From Fonticula alba ATCC 38817 (Eukaryota > Protista > Nucleariida), in assembly GCA_000388065.2 (NCBI GenBank), contig KB932205.1: a stretch of DNA of 64,000 bases. One strand, written 5' to 3'. Shown here one piece after another: positions 63,867 through 64,000 of the stretch. The translations under genes and the position numbers were made by a program. Below the pieces are notes generated by a model that had not been told where the DNA came from, searched no databases, and saw only the letters and a program-made list of their open reading frames with translations. Each line of letters opens with the position of its first letter. Within the stretch, counting starts at the first letter, position 1.

Positions 63867-64000
63867 GTAGTCCAGATTCCCCCTCCTCGCCTGGGGAGGG
63901 GAGGGGCCGGGAGGCGGGGGGAGACCGGCCACCCACATCGTCTCCCCCCCCCCCCCCCCCCCCCCGGACGCCCGTCGTTCACCAGGTGAGAGGCCCAGCC

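Overview
Very GC-rich, intron-containing eukaryotic genomic DNA from a draft assembly, with about 11 N-gaps, nearly all flanked by poly-G/C runs. Donors are mostly GT[GAT]CGT/GTATGY and introns mostly 100-350 nt. The genes have opisthokont-like homologues; the sequence style resembles the nucleariid amoeba Fonticula, which is an unverified impression. Hand-splicing gave frame-consistent models for 12 protein genes, in order: an intronless gene with a bacterial-type GNAT-like domain; a C2-C2-RasGAP fused to four LIM domains; a mitochondrial-type NAD(H) kinase; 14-3-3; TCTP; TIM17; a divergent ARP1/centractin; NDUFS7 (interrupted by a gap); a Roadblock/LAMTOR-like protein; NAF1; SmgGDS/RAP1GDS1; and a secreted root-cap/VWD-like protein with a 2.9-kb intron. 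A 13th CDS encodes a large low-complexity, probably secreted precursor. Two box C/D RNA candidates (660-726 +, 7980-8044 -) each sit just upstream of a strong 3' splice site in apparently non-coding host transcripts. No transposon, tRNA, rRNA or CRISPR array was recognised. Most ORFs in the supplied track are GC-driven noise. Family assignments rest on remembered motifs; no database search was run.
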